DNA of 56,001 nucleotides from Cellvibrionales bacterium (lineage in GTDB: Bacteria > Pseudomonadota > Gammaproteobacteria > Pseudomonadales > UBA7239): positions 1-56,001 of the forward strand of contig JAYVJM010000007.1 of the NCBI GenBank assembly GCA_043769275.1, read 5' to 3'. The position numbers and the translations under genes are program-made. Within the stretch, counting starts at the first letter, position 1; each line of letters begins with the position of its first letter. The notes under the pieces were generated by a model, which had not been told where the DNA came from, searched no databases, and saw nothing but the letters and a program-made list of their open reading frames with translations. Positions 10,619 through 21,281 of this stretch are shown piece after piece.

Positions 10619-12214
10619 ATGAGCTTTATAGATAATATTGCCCTGCGTCGTACATTTGCGATTATCTCGCACCCTGATGCCGGCAAAACCACCATCACCG
10701 AAAAGCTGCTGCTGTTTGGGCAGGCTATTCAGGTAGCCGGTTCAGTAAAGGGTAAAAAAGGTGACCGTCATGCTACTTCTGACTGGATGGCCATGGAGCA
10801 GGAACGCGGCATTTCTGTTACATCGTCCGTCATGCAGTTTCCTTACAAAGGTCGCACCGTCAATTTGCTGGATACCCCAGGCCACGAAGATTTTTCTGAA
10901 GACACTTACCGTACGCTTACGGCGGTAGATTCCGTGTTGATGGTGATTGACGGCGCCAAAGGTGTTGAGGATCGCACCATCAAATTAATGGAAGTTTGCC
11001 GCCTGCGCGACACGCCTATTTTGTCGTTCATCAACAAAATGGATCGTGACACCCGCGATACCGTGGAGGTACTGGATGAAATTGAAACCGTGCTAAACAT
11101 TAAGGCCGCGCCGATTAACTGGCCGCTAGGCAACGGTCGTGGTTTTAAAGGTGTGTACAACCTCTACACCGATACGGTGCATGTATACACGCAAGGGCAA
11201 GGAAAAATCATCCCTGATAATATTCAGATCAAAGGGTTGCACAGCCCTGAAGTCGATGCGCTATTGGCACCCTATGCCAACGATATACGCACGGAAATTG
11301 AGCTGGTGCGCGGCGCAAGTCATCGCTTTAACTTGGAGGAGTATCTTGCAGGAAAATTAACGCCGGTATTTTTTGGTACAGCACTGGGCAATTACGGCGT
11401 TCGCGAAATGCTGGATGCCTTTGTGGAATGGGCACCGCCGCCGCTATCGCGTAATGCGGAATTGGTGCGCGATCATTCAACGCGAACAGTTAATCCTTTT
11501 GAGGAAAAATTTTCCGGATTCGTGTTTAAAATTCAGGCGAATATGGATCCGAAACACCGTGACCGTATTGCTTTTATGCGCATTTGTTCCGGCCAGTACA
11601 CGCAGGGCATGAAAATGCGCCATGTGCGCCCCGATAAAGACGTGCGTATTGCTGACGCTGTGACGTTCATGGCCGGCGAGCGCGTGCTGGTGGAAGAAGC
11701 GCTGGCTGGTGACATTATTGGCTTGCATAACCACGGCACCATCCAAATTGGCGATACTTTCAGTGATGGCGAGCTGCTACGTTTCACGGGTATTCCACAT
11801 TTTGCACCGGAATTGTTTCGTCGCATTCGTTTGAAAGACCCTCTCAAGGCGAAGCAATTACAGAAAGGTTTGCGGCAGTTGTCGGAAGAAGGCTCTGTAC
11901 AGGTTTTTATGCCGCTGAATAACAACGATTTAATCGTGGGCGCAGTGGGTGTGCTGCAATTTGAAGTGGTGGCGTATCGCCTAAAAGACGAGTACAAAGT
12001 TGATTGCGTGTATGAAAACATCAATGTGTACACAACACGCTGGTTATCAAGTAAGGATCCGCGCAAACTTGACGAATTCCGCAATAAAATTTCTGAAAAT
12101 TTAGCACTCGATGGTGGTGATTTCCTCACTTACCTTGCGCCTACACGCGTGAATTTAAATTTGACGCAAGAACGTTGGCCAGATATTGAGTTTCGTGCGA
12201 CGCGAGAGCATTAG
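10619..12214 (+). CDS. prfC: Peptide chain release factor 3
   Basis: [54 protein letters not shown]-terminal ATREH. Confidence 0.99.
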   Translation: MSFIDNIALRRTFAIISHPDAGKTTITEKLLLFGQAIQVAGSVKGKKGDRHATSDWMAMEQERGISVTSSVMQFPYKGRTVNLLDTPGHEDFSEDTYRTLTAVDSVLMVIDGAKGVEDRTIKLMEVCRLRDTPILSFINKMDRDTRDTVEVLDEIETVLNIKAAPINWPLGNGRGFKGVYNLYTDTVHVYTQGQGKIIPDNIQIKGLHSPEVDALLAPYANDIRTEIELVRGASHRFNLEEYLAGKLTPVFFGTALGNYGVREMLDAFVEWAPPPLSRNAELVRDHSTRTVNPFEEKFSGFVFKIQANMDPKHRDRIAFMRICSGQYTQGMKMRHVRPDKDVRIADAVTFMAGERVLVEEALAGDIIGLHNHGTIQIGDTFSDGELLRFTGIPHFAPELFRRIRLKDPLKAKQLQKGLRQLSEEGSVQVFMPLNNNDLIVGAVGVLQFEVVAYRLKDEYKVDCVYENINVYTTRWLSSKDPRKLDEFRNKISENLALDGGDFLTYLAPTRVNLNLTQERWPDIEFRATREH

Positions 12215-12257
12215 TTGGTGTTGCTTTATTGCGATGGGAGCAGTTTTGATTAGCCGC

Positions 12258-12770
12258 TTAAATCAGCACGCCTTCTGTTTTCAGTAAAGATTTTTTCAGC
12301 GCTATTCCCCAAGCAAATCCGCCTGGTTGTTTATTGGCAGCCAACACGCGATGGCAGGGAATTAACACGGCCACAGGGTTTCTGCCGACAGCACCGCCCA
12401 CGGCACGAAAGGCTGTTGGTTTGTTGATGGCAGCAGCAATGTCGCCGTAACTTTTTGTTTTTCCCTGTGGGATTTTTATTAGCTCACGCCATACTTTTTG
12501 CTGAAAATCTGTGCCGCGCACATGTAATGCGTGGGTTTTCGTAAGTAAGGCTTGCGTATCCAATGTGTTTTTTGAGAATGTTATGGGGCAGCTTGGCCAG
12601 TATTTTTTCAAATAATTTTCAGCGGCATGCGTGTTGTTTTCCATGATGAACTCAAGCTGGCAGATGCCAATCGGTGTGCTCGCCAGCCACATTTCACCCA
12701 AAACGCCACCCCCGCGCAGTATTTCAATAGGCTGGATGGCGGGCTCTTTTTGCCAGATCAGCGTGTGCAT
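12258..12770 (-). CDS. ogt: Methylated-DNA--protein-cysteine methyltransferase
   Basis: GTDFQQKVW, IPQGKTKSYG, RAVG.AVGRNP, IPCHRV active site. Confidence 0.93.
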   Translation of the reverse strand: MHTLIWQKEPAIQPIEILRGGGVLGEMWLASTPIGICQLEFIMENNTHAAENYLKKYWPSCPITFSKNTLDTQALLTKTHALHVRGTDFQQKVWRELIKIPQGKTKSYGDIAAAINKPTAFRAVGGAVGRNPVAVLIPCHRVLAANKQPGGFAWGIALKKSLLKTEGVLI

Positions 12771-13222
12771 ACGGTATCTGCTGTTGCTTTGCGGCGAGCA
12801 CTGGTGACGGCAAGAAAAATTTCATACAGAAACACGCCAAGAGCACCGATAAAAGAAAGCATCGCGGCTATGAATAATCCTGCGATAAGTTGTGACAGGT
12901 TAATCGACAGAAAAGTGGCACTAAAAGCAATCACAATAAAAAGCCCCACAAACATAGCGCACAAAACCTGAAGGGTGACAGCAATATACACAAGTCGTAA
13001 GCGGCGGGTATTCAGTGCCAGTTCAGCCTGTGTTGATGGGCGTTCCTCTGGCGTCATTCGAAACAGCCGCTCCTCCAATGCGCGCATACGATCAACAATA
13101 CGTGCGATACGTGTGCTGAGTACGTTAATAATAGTGGCGACCGCTGTAAGTAAAAATACAGGCGCGACCGCAAGCTGAATAACATGCGTGATATCGGTGG
13201 TGCTGAGTAGTTCGGTTGTCAT
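12758..13222 (-). CDS. DUF2721 membrane protein
   Basis: IQLAVAPVFLLTAV...RIARIVDR.R, three TM helices, FLYEIFLA. Confidence 0.85.
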   Translation of the reverse strand: MTTELLSTTDITHVIQLAVAPVFLLTAVATIINVLSTRIARIVDRMRALEERLFRMTPEERPSTQAELALNTRRLRLVYIAVTLQVLCAMFVGLFIVIAFSATFLSINLSQLIAGLFIAAMLSFIGALGVFLYEIFLAVTSARRKATADTVCTR

Positions 13223-13249
13223 TATCAGGCCTTCTAAGGCAGGTGATTT

Positions 13250-16129
13250 TTATGCAGGCACTTGTGCAGTTAGCTCGGGAGTTTTTAATAGCAAAGGCTT
13301 TAAAAACTGCCCGGTAAATGATAGCGGCTCCATTGCAACATCTTCTGGTGTGCCGCTGGCAATGATTCTGCCGCCGCCGCCGCCGCCTTCAGGGCCCATA
13401 TCAATTATCCAGTCAGCGGTTTTGATAACGTCCAAATTGTGCTCAATCACAATCATGGTGTTACCTTGATCGCGCAAACGCATCAGCACTTTCAGCAACT
13501 GTGCGATATCGTGAAAATGCAGCCCCGTAGTCGGCTCATCCAGAATATAGACTGTTTGCCCAGTGCCGCGTTTAGATAGTTCACGTGCGAGTTTGACGCG
13601 TTGCGCTTCGCCGCCCGATAGCGTGGTGGCGTTTTGGCCAAGGCAAACATAACTTAAACCAACATCCAATAACGTGGCTAATTTGTTGGCGATGGAAGGT
13701 ACGGGTTTGAAAAACTCAAACGCGGTTTCAATCGTCATATCCAGCACATCGGAAATGTTTTTTCCTTTGTACAGAATTTCCAGCGTTTCGCGGTTGTAGC
13801 GTTTTCCCATACACACATCGCATGGCACGTATACATCTGGCAAAAAATGCATTTCCACTTTCGTGACACCGTCGCCTTCGCAGGCTTCGCAGCGTCCGCC
13901 GCGCACGTTAAAACTGAAGCGTCCAGGTAAATAGCCGCGTGAACGCGCTTCTTGCGTGCCAGCAAACAGTTCGCGTATTGGCGAAAACATGCCTGTATAG
14001 GTGCAGGGGTTTGAGCGTGGCGTGCGGCCAATAGGGCTTTGGTCGATGTCGATACATTTGTCGATCAATTCAATGCCGTGCAGCGCGTGGTGAGCCGCAG
14101 CGGTTAAGGTTGTTGCGCCATTTAATTTTTCAGCCAGCAGTGGATAAAGCGTGTGATTGATCAGCGTTGATTTGCCGGAGCCAGAAACGCCCGTGATGCA
14201 GGTGAGCAGCCCAAGTGGGATTTCTAGCGTCACGTTTTGCAGGTTATTGCATGTCGCGCCCTCCAGAACCAGCATTTTTTGCGGATTGAACAATTGGCGT
14301 TTTGGGGGAATTGCAATGGATTTTTTGCCGGAAAGATATTGACCCGTCAGCGAATTTGGATTGGCAAGAATATCTTTATAGCTACCGCAAGCGACTACTT
14401 CGCCGCCGTGTATGCCAGCACCTGGGCCTATGTCTAGCACATAATCGGCCAAGCGAATGGCTTCTTCGTCATGCTCCACCACAATCACTGTATTGCCTAA
14501 GTCGCGTAAGCGCGTGAGAGTAGATAGCAGCCGCTCATTGTCGCGCTGGTGTAAGCCGATGGAAGGCTCGTCCAGAATATACATCACGCCCACTAAGCCC
14601 GCGCCAATTTGCGAAGCCAGACGAATGCGCTGCGCTTCACCACCGGAGAGTGTTTCTGCACTGCGATCCAGCGTTAAATAATTCAAGCCAACGTCAATCA
14701 AAAATCGTAAGCGTTCTTGAATTTCCTTGAGAATTTTTTCGGCGATTTGTCCTTGTCGACCAGCCAAATTAAGTGTTTGAAAATAATCAAAAGCCGAAAT
14801 GATCGGCAGCACCATGAGCGAAGGCAGATTGCGATTGTCTATGAATACATGGCGCGCTTCACGTTTCAGGCGCGAGCCACCACAATCTGGGCAGCTCTGG
14901 GTACTGATGAATTTCGCCAGTTCTTCGCGCACGGAACTGGATTCCGTATCGTGGTAGCGGCGCTCCATATTCGGGATAATGCCTTCAAACGCGTGTGTAC
15001 GCAGCACACTGCCGCCACGATCATTTTCGTATTTGAATTGAATTTCATCCTTGCCAGAGCCATAAAGCAATTTCTGGCGGTAGGTTTTTTTCAGTTTTTC
15101 CCATGGGCTGTCGACATCAAAGCCGTAGTGTTCAGCGAGCGAAGTTAGCATTTGGAAATAATAAAAATTGCGTCTGTCCCAGCCGCGTATTGCGCCCTCG
15201 CTTATGCTGGCTTCTGGATACGCCACTACACGCTCTGGGTCAAAAAACTGCTTTACACCCAAGCCGTCGCAGCTAGGGCAAGCACCGGCCGGATTATTAA
15301 ACGAAAATAAACGCGGCTCTAAATCACCAATACTGTATTCACACAGTGGGCACGCAAATTTTGCAGAAAAAATCTGCTCGGCTTGTTTTGCGTTTTTGTT
15401 CAGGAGAGCGTCATCGTCCATAAAAGCAATGACGGCGATCCCTTCTGATAATGTCAATGCTGTTTCAAATGACTCAGCCAACCGCAATTGAATTTCAGCG
15501 CGCACACTGAAGCGGTCTATCACCACTTCTATCGTGTGCTTGTTGTTTTTGACAAGCTTGGGAGCTTCATCTAGTTCGCATACCGCACCGTCAATGCGCG
15601 CACGCACAAAACCCTGCGAGCGCAACTTTTCGATCACGTGCGTGTGCTCGCCTTTGCGTTCGCGGATAACGGGCGCAAGCAGCATTAATTTGCTGTCTGC
15701 GGGCATTGCCAGCACGGTGTCGACCATCTGGCTCACTGTTTGCGCGGCTAATGGCAGATTGTGCTCTGGGCAGCGCGGTTCACCGGCACGCGCAAACAAC
15801 AGGCGCAAGTAGTCGTAAATTTCCGTGATAGTGCCAACTGTTGAGCGCGGGTTGTGCGAAGTCGATTTTTGTTCAATGGAAATAGCCGGTGACAAGCCTT
15901 CGATATGATCCACATCGGGCTTTTCCATGATCGATAAAAACTGGCGCGCATAAGTGGAAAGTGATTCCACATAACGGCGCTGGCCTTCGGCATAGAGCGT
16001 GTCAAACGCCAGCGACGATTTGCCGGAGCCAGATAAACCGGTAATAACTACCAGTTTGTCACGCGGTAAATCAACGTTGATGTTTTTCAAATTATGCGTG
16101 CGCGCACCGCGCACGCGGATGTATTTCAT
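13250..16129 (-). CDS. uvrA: Excinuclease ABC subunit A
   Basis: [10 protein letters not shown], two Walker A motifs ([16 protein letters not shown]), two LSGGEAQR signatures, zinc fingers; alternative start 16144. Confidence 0.99.
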   Translation of the reverse strand: MKYIRVRGARTHNLKNINVDLPRDKLVVITGLSGSGKSSLAFDTLYAEGQRRYVESLSTYARQFLSIMEKPDVDHIEGLSPAISIEQKSTSHNPRSTVGTITEIYDYLRLLFARAGEPRCPEHNLPLAAQTVSQMVDTVLAMPADSKLMLLAPVIRERKGEHTHVIEKLRSQGFVRARIDGAVCELDEAPKLVKNNKHTIEVVIDRFSVRAEIQLRLAESFETALTLSEGIAVIAFMDDDALLNKNAKQAEQIFSAKFACPLCEYSIGDLEPRLFSFNNPAGACPSCDGLGVKQFFDPERVVAYPEASISEGAIRGWDRRNFYYFQMLTSLAEHYGFDVDSPWEKLKKTYRQKLLYGSGKDEIQFKYENDRGGSVLRTHAFEGIIPNMERRYHDTESSSVREELAKFISTQSCPDCGGSRLKREARHVFIDNRNLPSLMVLPIISAFDYFQTLNLAGRQGQIAEKILKEIQERLRFLIDVGLNYLTLDRSAETLSGGEAQRIRLASQIGAGLVGVMYILDEPSIGLHQRDNERLLSTLTRLRDLGNTVIVVEHDEEAIRLADYVLDIGPGAGIHGGEVVACGSYKDILANPNSLTGQYLSGKKSIAIPPKRQLFNPQKMLVLEGATCNNLQNVTLEIPLGLLTCITGVSGSGKSTLINHTLYPLLAEKLNGATTLTAAAHHALHGIELIDKCIDIDQSPIGRTPRSNPCTYTGMFSPIRELFAGTQEARSRGYLPGRFSFNVRGGRCEACEGDGVTKVEMHFLPDVYVPCDVCMGKRYNRETLEILYKGKNISDVLDMTIETAFEFFKPVPSIANKLATLLDVGLSYVCLGQNATTLSGGEAQRVKLARELSKRGTGQTVYILDEPTTGLHFHDIAQLLKVLMRLRDQGNTMIVIEHNLDVIKTADWIIDMGPEGGGGGGRIIASGTPEDVAMEPLSFTGQFLKPLLLKTPELTAQVPA

Positions 16130-16174
16130 GGGTGTATTGGGCATTTTTTTCAGCTACTCAGTCTTGTGAGCCTG

Positions 16175-17623
16175 CTATCGAAAACCACTCGGCGGCTTCA
16201 TGCCGCCGCCCAGCCTGTTTATCATGCCAGCACCTAATCCACCCGCGCTTGGCATTCCAGGAATGCTGCCACCTGCGCCGCCCAGTTGGCTGGACAAGCC
16301 GCGCATCATATTGGTCATGCCTTTGCCGCCTTTCATTTTCTTCATCATTTTGGACATTTGTTTGTGCTGTTTGAGCAGTCGATTTAAATCTTGTATCTGC
16401 GTGCCAGAGCCAACAGTGATGCGTCGTTTGCGTGAGCCGTTCAGAATGTCTGGGTCGCGGCGTTCGGCGGGGGTCATAGAGTTGATGATAGCCGTCATGC
16501 ATTTGAACTGTTTAATGCTGGCATCGTTTTGGGCAATTTGCGCCATTTGCCCCATTCCGGGCAATTTGTCTAATAAACCCGCCATGCCGCCCATATTTTG
16601 CATTTGCTGTAACTGGTCGCGCAAATCCTCTAGGTCGAAGCCTTTGCCCTTGTGAATTTTTTGTGCAAACTTTTCAGCTTTTACGCGGTCTATTTTTAGT
16701 TCTGCTTCTTCGATCAGCGATAAAACGTCGCCCATGCCGAGAATTCGTGAAGCGATACGATCGGGGTGAAACGGCTCCAGCGCGTCTGTTTTTTCACCCA
16801 CGCCGATAAATTTAATCGGTTTGCCGGTGACATGCCGCACGGACAGTGCCGCGCCGCCGCGTGTGTCGCCGTCGGCTTTAGTCAGAATGATGCCGGTCAA
16901 TGGCAGTGCTTCATTAAACGCTTTGGCAGTGTTTACTGCGTCTTGGCCGATCATCGCGTCGATCACGAACAGCGTTTCAATCGGGTTCAGCGCTTTGTGC
17001 AGCGCGCTGATTTCGCTCATCAGTTCGTCGTCGATATGCAGGCGACCGGCGGTATCGATAATCAACACATCGGCAAGTTGGCGTTTGGCGGCATCCACGG
17101 CTGCGATAGCAATATCGAGCGGTTTTTGTGTGATGTCACTGGCGAAAAATTTGGCGTTGACTTCAGTTGCCAGCGTTTCTAGCTGTCTGATAGCGGCGGG
17201 GCGGTACACATCCACACTCGCGACCATCACCGTTTTTTTTAGGCGTTCTTTTAGGTATTTTGCGAGTTTGGCGACGCTGGTGGTTTTGCCCGCACCTTGT
17301 AAACCGGCCATCAAAATAATGGCGGGTGGCGTGGTGGCGAGGTTTAGGCTCTCGTTGGCCGCGCCCATAACGGCGATCAGCTCATCCTGAACAATACGCA
17401 CAAATTGTTGGCCTGGGCTAAGGCTGCGGCTCACTTCTTGACCAATGGCGCGCTTGCGCACGGCCTCGACAAAGTCTTTCACGACAGGCAGGGCAACGTC
17501 TGCTTCTAGCAGTGCTTTGCGTACTTCGCGCAGTGCATCTTGAATGTTGTCGTCAGACAAACGGGCTTTGCCAGTAATGGAGCGCAGGGTGCCGGACAGT
17601 CGGTCGGTTAGATTCTCAAACAT
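16175..17623 (-). CDS. ffh: Signal recognition particle protein Ffh
   Basis: MFENLTDRL, GLQGAGKTT, DTAGR, TKADGD, PFHPDRIASRILGMGD, Met-rich M domain. Confidence 0.99.
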   Translation of the reverse strand: MFENLTDRLSGTLRSITGKARLSDDNIQDALREVRKALLEADVALPVVKDFVEAVRKRAIGQEVSRSLSPGQQFVRIVQDELIAVMGAANESLNLATTPPAIILMAGLQGAGKTTSVAKLAKYLKERLKKTVMVASVDVYRPAAIRQLETLATEVNAKFFASDITQKPLDIAIAAVDAAKRQLADVLIIDTAGRLHIDDELMSEISALHKALNPIETLFVIDAMIGQDAVNTAKAFNEALPLTGIILTKADGDTRGGAALSVRHVTGKPIKFIGVGEKTDALEPFHPDRIASRILGMGDVLSLIEEAELKIDRVKAEKFAQKIHKGKGFDLEDLRDQLQQMQNMGGMAGLLDKLPGMGQMAQIAQNDASIKQFKCMTAIINSMTPAERRDPDILNGSRKRRITVGSGTQIQDLNRLLKQHKQMSKMMKKMKGGKGMTNMMRGLSSQLGGAGGSIPGMPSAGGLGAGMINRLGGGMKPPSGFR

Positions 17624-17712
17624 GGGAGGCCTGTATCAAAATCGGATATGAGGGGGAAGGCATCGAAACTAGCTCGACAGTATAAACAAAAACAGAGGCC
17701 AGCTAATTTTGC

Positions 17713-18696
17713 TCACAGTAGCTTTTTTAGGTGCATGACTAAGGTGTTGAAATGAGCAGCATCCAGGGTTATATCAAACACGTCGCGTATTTCGTCGGAT
17801 GTGGAATTAAACGCGATAGTTTTACCTGCGGCGTTGATAACAAATTTGTCGATATAGGCGCTTCCAACATAAACAGACTGAGCCGGTTCTATGCCATATA
17901 AGCTGCAAAGGTAGCGAATGGCATCAGCTTTGCGCTCTTGATCAAATGGCGTTGGGGTCATAGAGCGAATGATGCCATTGGCATCAAAGTGCGACCGGTT
18001 GATAAAAACTTGATCAAACAAAGTGCTGTAATCCGGTAGCAGTACATCTAGAAAAACATCAAGGCTGCCGGATACCAGCGCCAACTTAAATCCACTGTCG
18101 CGTAGTTCTTGTAGCCCTTCTCGTACGCCAGGAAATAGGGTGAATTTTCCAGCCAGCGCTTCCAGTTGCGCTCGTGTGATCTGATGACGGCGATAGATTT
18201 GACAGCACCATGAACACCAGCCTTCGTAAGACATTTGGCCAGTGTGAAAGAGTTTCAATCCTTTTTTGCGCAGCACGCTTTCTTTGCCCAGTAAGCCCCA
18301 CACCTCTTTCCATGAGAGTTGGTAGCCTTGTGTGAGCGTTTGATCCAGCGAGAAGCAAATTAAACGCGCACCATTCTGAATACTGGCTGTGGCAATCGGA
18401 TTGTGGAGATCAGGGCGATTAAAGTGAGCCGCATAGAAAATGCGTAATTCAGGCGCGATGACCTGCCCAGGTTGCAGCAAGATATCCGCCGATGTCTCAA
18501 GCTCAAAGCCGCGCACAATGCCTTCAATATTGCGGGCGCGTGGACGTTCTGTTTTGCCTGTTTCCCATAGGTGATACTGTTTTTTGTCTGGCGTGCCGCA
18601 GCGTTGTGCGGCTTCTTCTTGCGACCAACCATGCTGCAAACGCAGCCACAGTAGTTTTTCTTTGTAGAGTTTCCAGAGCATAGGGCGAGTGTCCAC
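17713..18696 (-). CDS. XRE/Cro helix-turn-helix fused to a degenerate HAD-IB phosphoserine-phosphatase-like domain; putative transcriptional regulator
   Basis: LRLQHGWSQEEAAQRCG..YHLWETGKT.RP (HTH_3); FSLDQTL, LVSGS, RKADA, YVGSAYID HAD motifs I-IV; start GTG 18696 or ATG 18681. Confidence 0.8.
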   Translation of the reverse strand: MDTRPMLWKLYKEKLLWLRLQHGWSQEEAAQRCGTPDKKQYHLWETGKTERPRARNIEGIVRGFELETSADILLQPGQVIAPELRIFYAAHFNRPDLHNPIATASIQNGARLICFSLDQTLTQGYQLSWKEVWGLLGKESVLRKKGLKLFHTGQMSYEGWCSWCCQIYRRHQITRAQLEALAGKFTLFPGVREGLQELRDSGFKLALVSGSLDVFLDVLLPDYSTLFDQVFINRSHFDANGIIRSMTPTPFDQERKADAIRYLCSLYGIEPAQSVYVGSAYIDKFVINAAGKTIAFNSTSDEIRDVFDITLDAAHFNTLVMHLKKLL

Positions 18697-18702
18697 CGAC
18701 GG

Positions 18703-18735
18703 CCAAGCCGCTTGGTATTAGGGTCTGGGAGTATA
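18703..18735 (-). promoter_or_regulatory. Candidate -10 (TATACT, 18730-18735) and palindromic operator CCAAGC-N-GCTTGG (18703-18715) of the XRE-HAD gene
   Basis: Perfect 6+6 inverted repeat lying between the -10 element and the start codon. Confidence 0.4.
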
Positions 18736-18784
18736 ACGCGCAAGTGGCGATGGCTTTGTCGTCGAAGTGGTGTTTTTATAAAGC

Positions 18785-20449
18785 CTATTTCTGTGTTTGA
18801 ATTGCCTCTGAAGGTGTGGCTTCTTCTGCCAGTAGGGCGGCAGTTTGTGCGGGGTCAACACGGTTAATCATCGGGCTAAAGGGTTGAATCGCATGGTTCA
18901 ACAAGGGCATTAATTGGTCTTTCCATGTGAGATCGCACTGCAAAAACTGCATTGTTTTTTCTGCGATAGCGGGCAGAACGGGCTGTAAATAAATCATTAA
19001 AACGCGGAATAAATTCAAGCCCAGCGAGCACACATCAATCATCTGTTGCTGCTGGTCTTCTTGTTTTGCAAGTTTCCACGGGGCTTTGTCGTTGATATAT
19101 AAGTTGGCATCGTCGGCCAGTGCCATAATTTCACGGATGGCGCGGCTGTATTCACGGTTGTCATAGCTCGTGGCAATGGACTGGCTTGCATCAACAAATA
19201 GTTGCCACAAGGCAGGATTTTCAAGGGTGTTTGATAGCGTGCCGCCACTTTTAGTAATGAATCCGGCGCAGCGACTGGCGATATTGACGAGCTTCCCTAC
19301 TAAATCTGAATTCACGCGCTGGGTAAAATCATCGAAATTTAAGTCGATATCATCGACACCGCTGCCAAGTTTTGCAGCAAAGTAGTAACGCACATATTCC
19401 GGATTCAAATGTTTGAGGTAGCTGCCGGCGCGAATAAACGTGCCGCGCGATTTCGACATTTTTTTGCCGTCAACGGTTAAAAAGCCATGCGCGTGTACTT
19501 TTGTTGGTGTGCGAAAGCCAGAGTTTTTTAGCAAAGCAGGCCAAAAAAGCGCGTGAAAATTGATGATGTCTTTGCCGATAAAGTGATGCAGTTCTGCTTT
19601 GGAACTTTCTTGCCAGTAATCATCAAAGTTCAGATTGTTTTTTTTGCAGTAGTGTTTACAGCTCGCCATGTAACCAATGGGCGCATCAAGCCACACATAA
19701 AAATATTTCCCAGGCGCTTCAGGAATTTCAAAGCCGAAATACGGCGCGTCGCGTGAAATATCCCAAGCCTGCAAACCGCTGTCTAGCCACTCTGCAAGTT
19801 TGTTTGCGACTTCTTCTTGAAGGTGTCCGGCGCGCGTCCACTTTTTGAGAAAAGCGGTACAGGCTGGCAGGTCAAAGAAATAGTGCTCTGATTTTTTTGC
19901 AATGGGTTTTGTGCCAGAAACAACGGATACGGGGTTAATTAAATCCATCGGTGCATATGTGGCACCACAGGCTTCACAATTGTCGCCGTACTGATCCTCT
20001 GCTTTACATTTTGGACAGCCGCCTTTGATGTAACGGTCCGCTAAAAATAGGTTTTTCTCTGGATCAAATGCCTGTGTAATTTCTTTGCGAATGATCAGGT
20101 TTTTGTCGTGTACTCGCTGGTAAATCAGCTCGCTGTAGCTTTTGTTTTCGGGTGAATGCGTGGAATAGTATTGATCGAATGCAATTAAAAAGCCGGCAAA
20201 ATCTCGCGTGTGTTCGATATGCACAGCAGCAATGAGCTGCTCGGCCGTCATCCCCATTTGTTCCGCCTTGAGCATAATGGCGGTGCCGTGAGTATCGTCT
20301 GCGCACATGTACAAGCACTGGTGGCCGCGTGCTTTTTGGAAGCGAACCCAGATGTCGGTTTGGATAGTTTCAAGCAGGTGGCCTAAGTGTAAAGACCCGT
20401 TGGCATAGGGTAGGGCACTGGTAACAAGGATGTTGCGAGGGCTACTCAT
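18785..20449 (-). CDS. metG: Methionine--tRNA ligase, short form lacking the C-terminal tRNA-binding domain
   Basis: [12 protein letters not shown], zinc knuckle [23 protein letters not shown]; ends at 554 aa. Confidence 0.98.
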   Translation of the reverse strand: MSSPRNILVTSALPYANGSLHLGHLLETIQTDIWVRFQKARGHQCLYMCADDTHGTAIMLKAEQMGMTAEQLIAAVHIEHTRDFAGFLIAFDQYYSTHSPENKSYSELIYQRVHDKNLIIRKEITQAFDPEKNLFLADRYIKGGCPKCKAEDQYGDNCEACGATYAPMDLINPVSVVSGTKPIAKKSEHYFFDLPACTAFLKKWTRAGHLQEEVANKLAEWLDSGLQAWDISRDAPYFGFEIPEAPGKYFYVWLDAPIGYMASCKHYCKKNNLNFDDYWQESSKAELHHFIGKDIINFHALFWPALLKNSGFRTPTKVHAHGFLTVDGKKMSKSRGTFIRAGSYLKHLNPEYVRYYFAAKLGSGVDDIDLNFDDFTQRVNSDLVGKLVNIASRCAGFITKSGGTLSNTLENPALWQLFVDASQSIATSYDNREYSRAIREIMALADDANLYINDKAPWKLAKQEDQQQQMIDVCSLGLNLFRVLMIYLQPVLPAIAEKTMQFLQCDLTWKDQLMPLLNHAIQPFSPMINRVDPAQTAALLAEEATPSEAIQTQK

Positions 20450-20566
20450 GGATGTTTTTTCTGCCTTAAATTGTGGCGCGAACTATAGCGGCTTGACAGT
20501 GTTTTTTCATCTCTAGGGCTTTCGGCTAGTATGCCGGCCTTTAAAAGAGCGTAAAAAGGGTACTTT

Positions 20567-21136
20567 ATGGCAATTAAGGCAGATAAATGGATTAAACGTA
20601 TGGCTTTGGAAAACGGCATGATCGAGCCATTCGAGATGAGCCAAGTGCGTGAGCCTTCGCCTGGCAAGCGCGTAATTTCTTACGGCACATCCAGCTACGG
20701 TTACGATGTGCGCTGTGCGGATGAATTCAAAATCTTTACGAATGTGCATTCAATTACGGTCGACCCGAAAAATTTTGATGAAAAAAGCTTTGTCGATGTC
20801 AAAAGCGATGTCTGCATTATTCCGCCCAATTCGTTCGTGTTGGCACATACCGTGGAGTATTTTCGTATACCGCGCAGCGTGTTGACGATTTGCTTGGGAA
20901 AATCTACTTATGCGCGCTGCGGGATTATCGTTAACGTCACGCCTTTAGAGCCAGAGTGGGAAGGGCATGTGACACTGGAGTTTTCCAACACCACGAATTT
21001 GCCTGCAAAAATTTACGCCAATGAGGGTGTGGCGCAGATGTTGTTTTTTGAATCGGATGAGGTTTGTGATGTGTCATATCGTGACCGCGGTGGAAAATAT
21101 CAGGGGCAGCGCGGGGTAACTTTGCCGCGCGCCTGA
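20567..21136 (+). CDS. dcd: dCTP deaminase
   Basis: [39 protein letters not shown]. Confidence 0.98.
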   Translation: MAIKADKWIKRMALENGMIEPFEMSQVREPSPGKRVISYGTSSYGYDVRCADEFKIFTNVHSITVDPKNFDEKSFVDVKSDVCIIPPNSFVLAHTVEYFRIPRSVLTICLGKSTYARCGIIVNVTPLEPEWEGHVTLEFSNTTNLPAKIYANEGVAQMLFFESDEVCDVSYRDRGGKYQGQRGVTLPRA

Positions 21137-21281
21137 ATTGGCAAAAGATTATTAGTCGTTCTTTTTAGAAGAAAAAAAACTAACGCTTTTCTCTGTGTGA
21201 ACCACACTTTGAGTACCTTTAAGCCTTTTGTTGCCGGTTTGGCGACACGCTGGCTGTGTGTATTTCCAGAGGAAGGATCTT

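Noticed and set aside
11533-12129. 198-aa antisense ORF inside prfC, and similar long shadow ORFs within ffh, ccoI, purL and fabF
   Set aside because: They lie antisense or off-frame to highly conserved genes, have no recognisable motifs, and are expected from codon bias.
16158-16502. Alternative-frame ORF over the 3' end of ffh
   Set aside because: By-product of the Gly/Met-rich Ffh tail; no slippery site or RBS was noticed.
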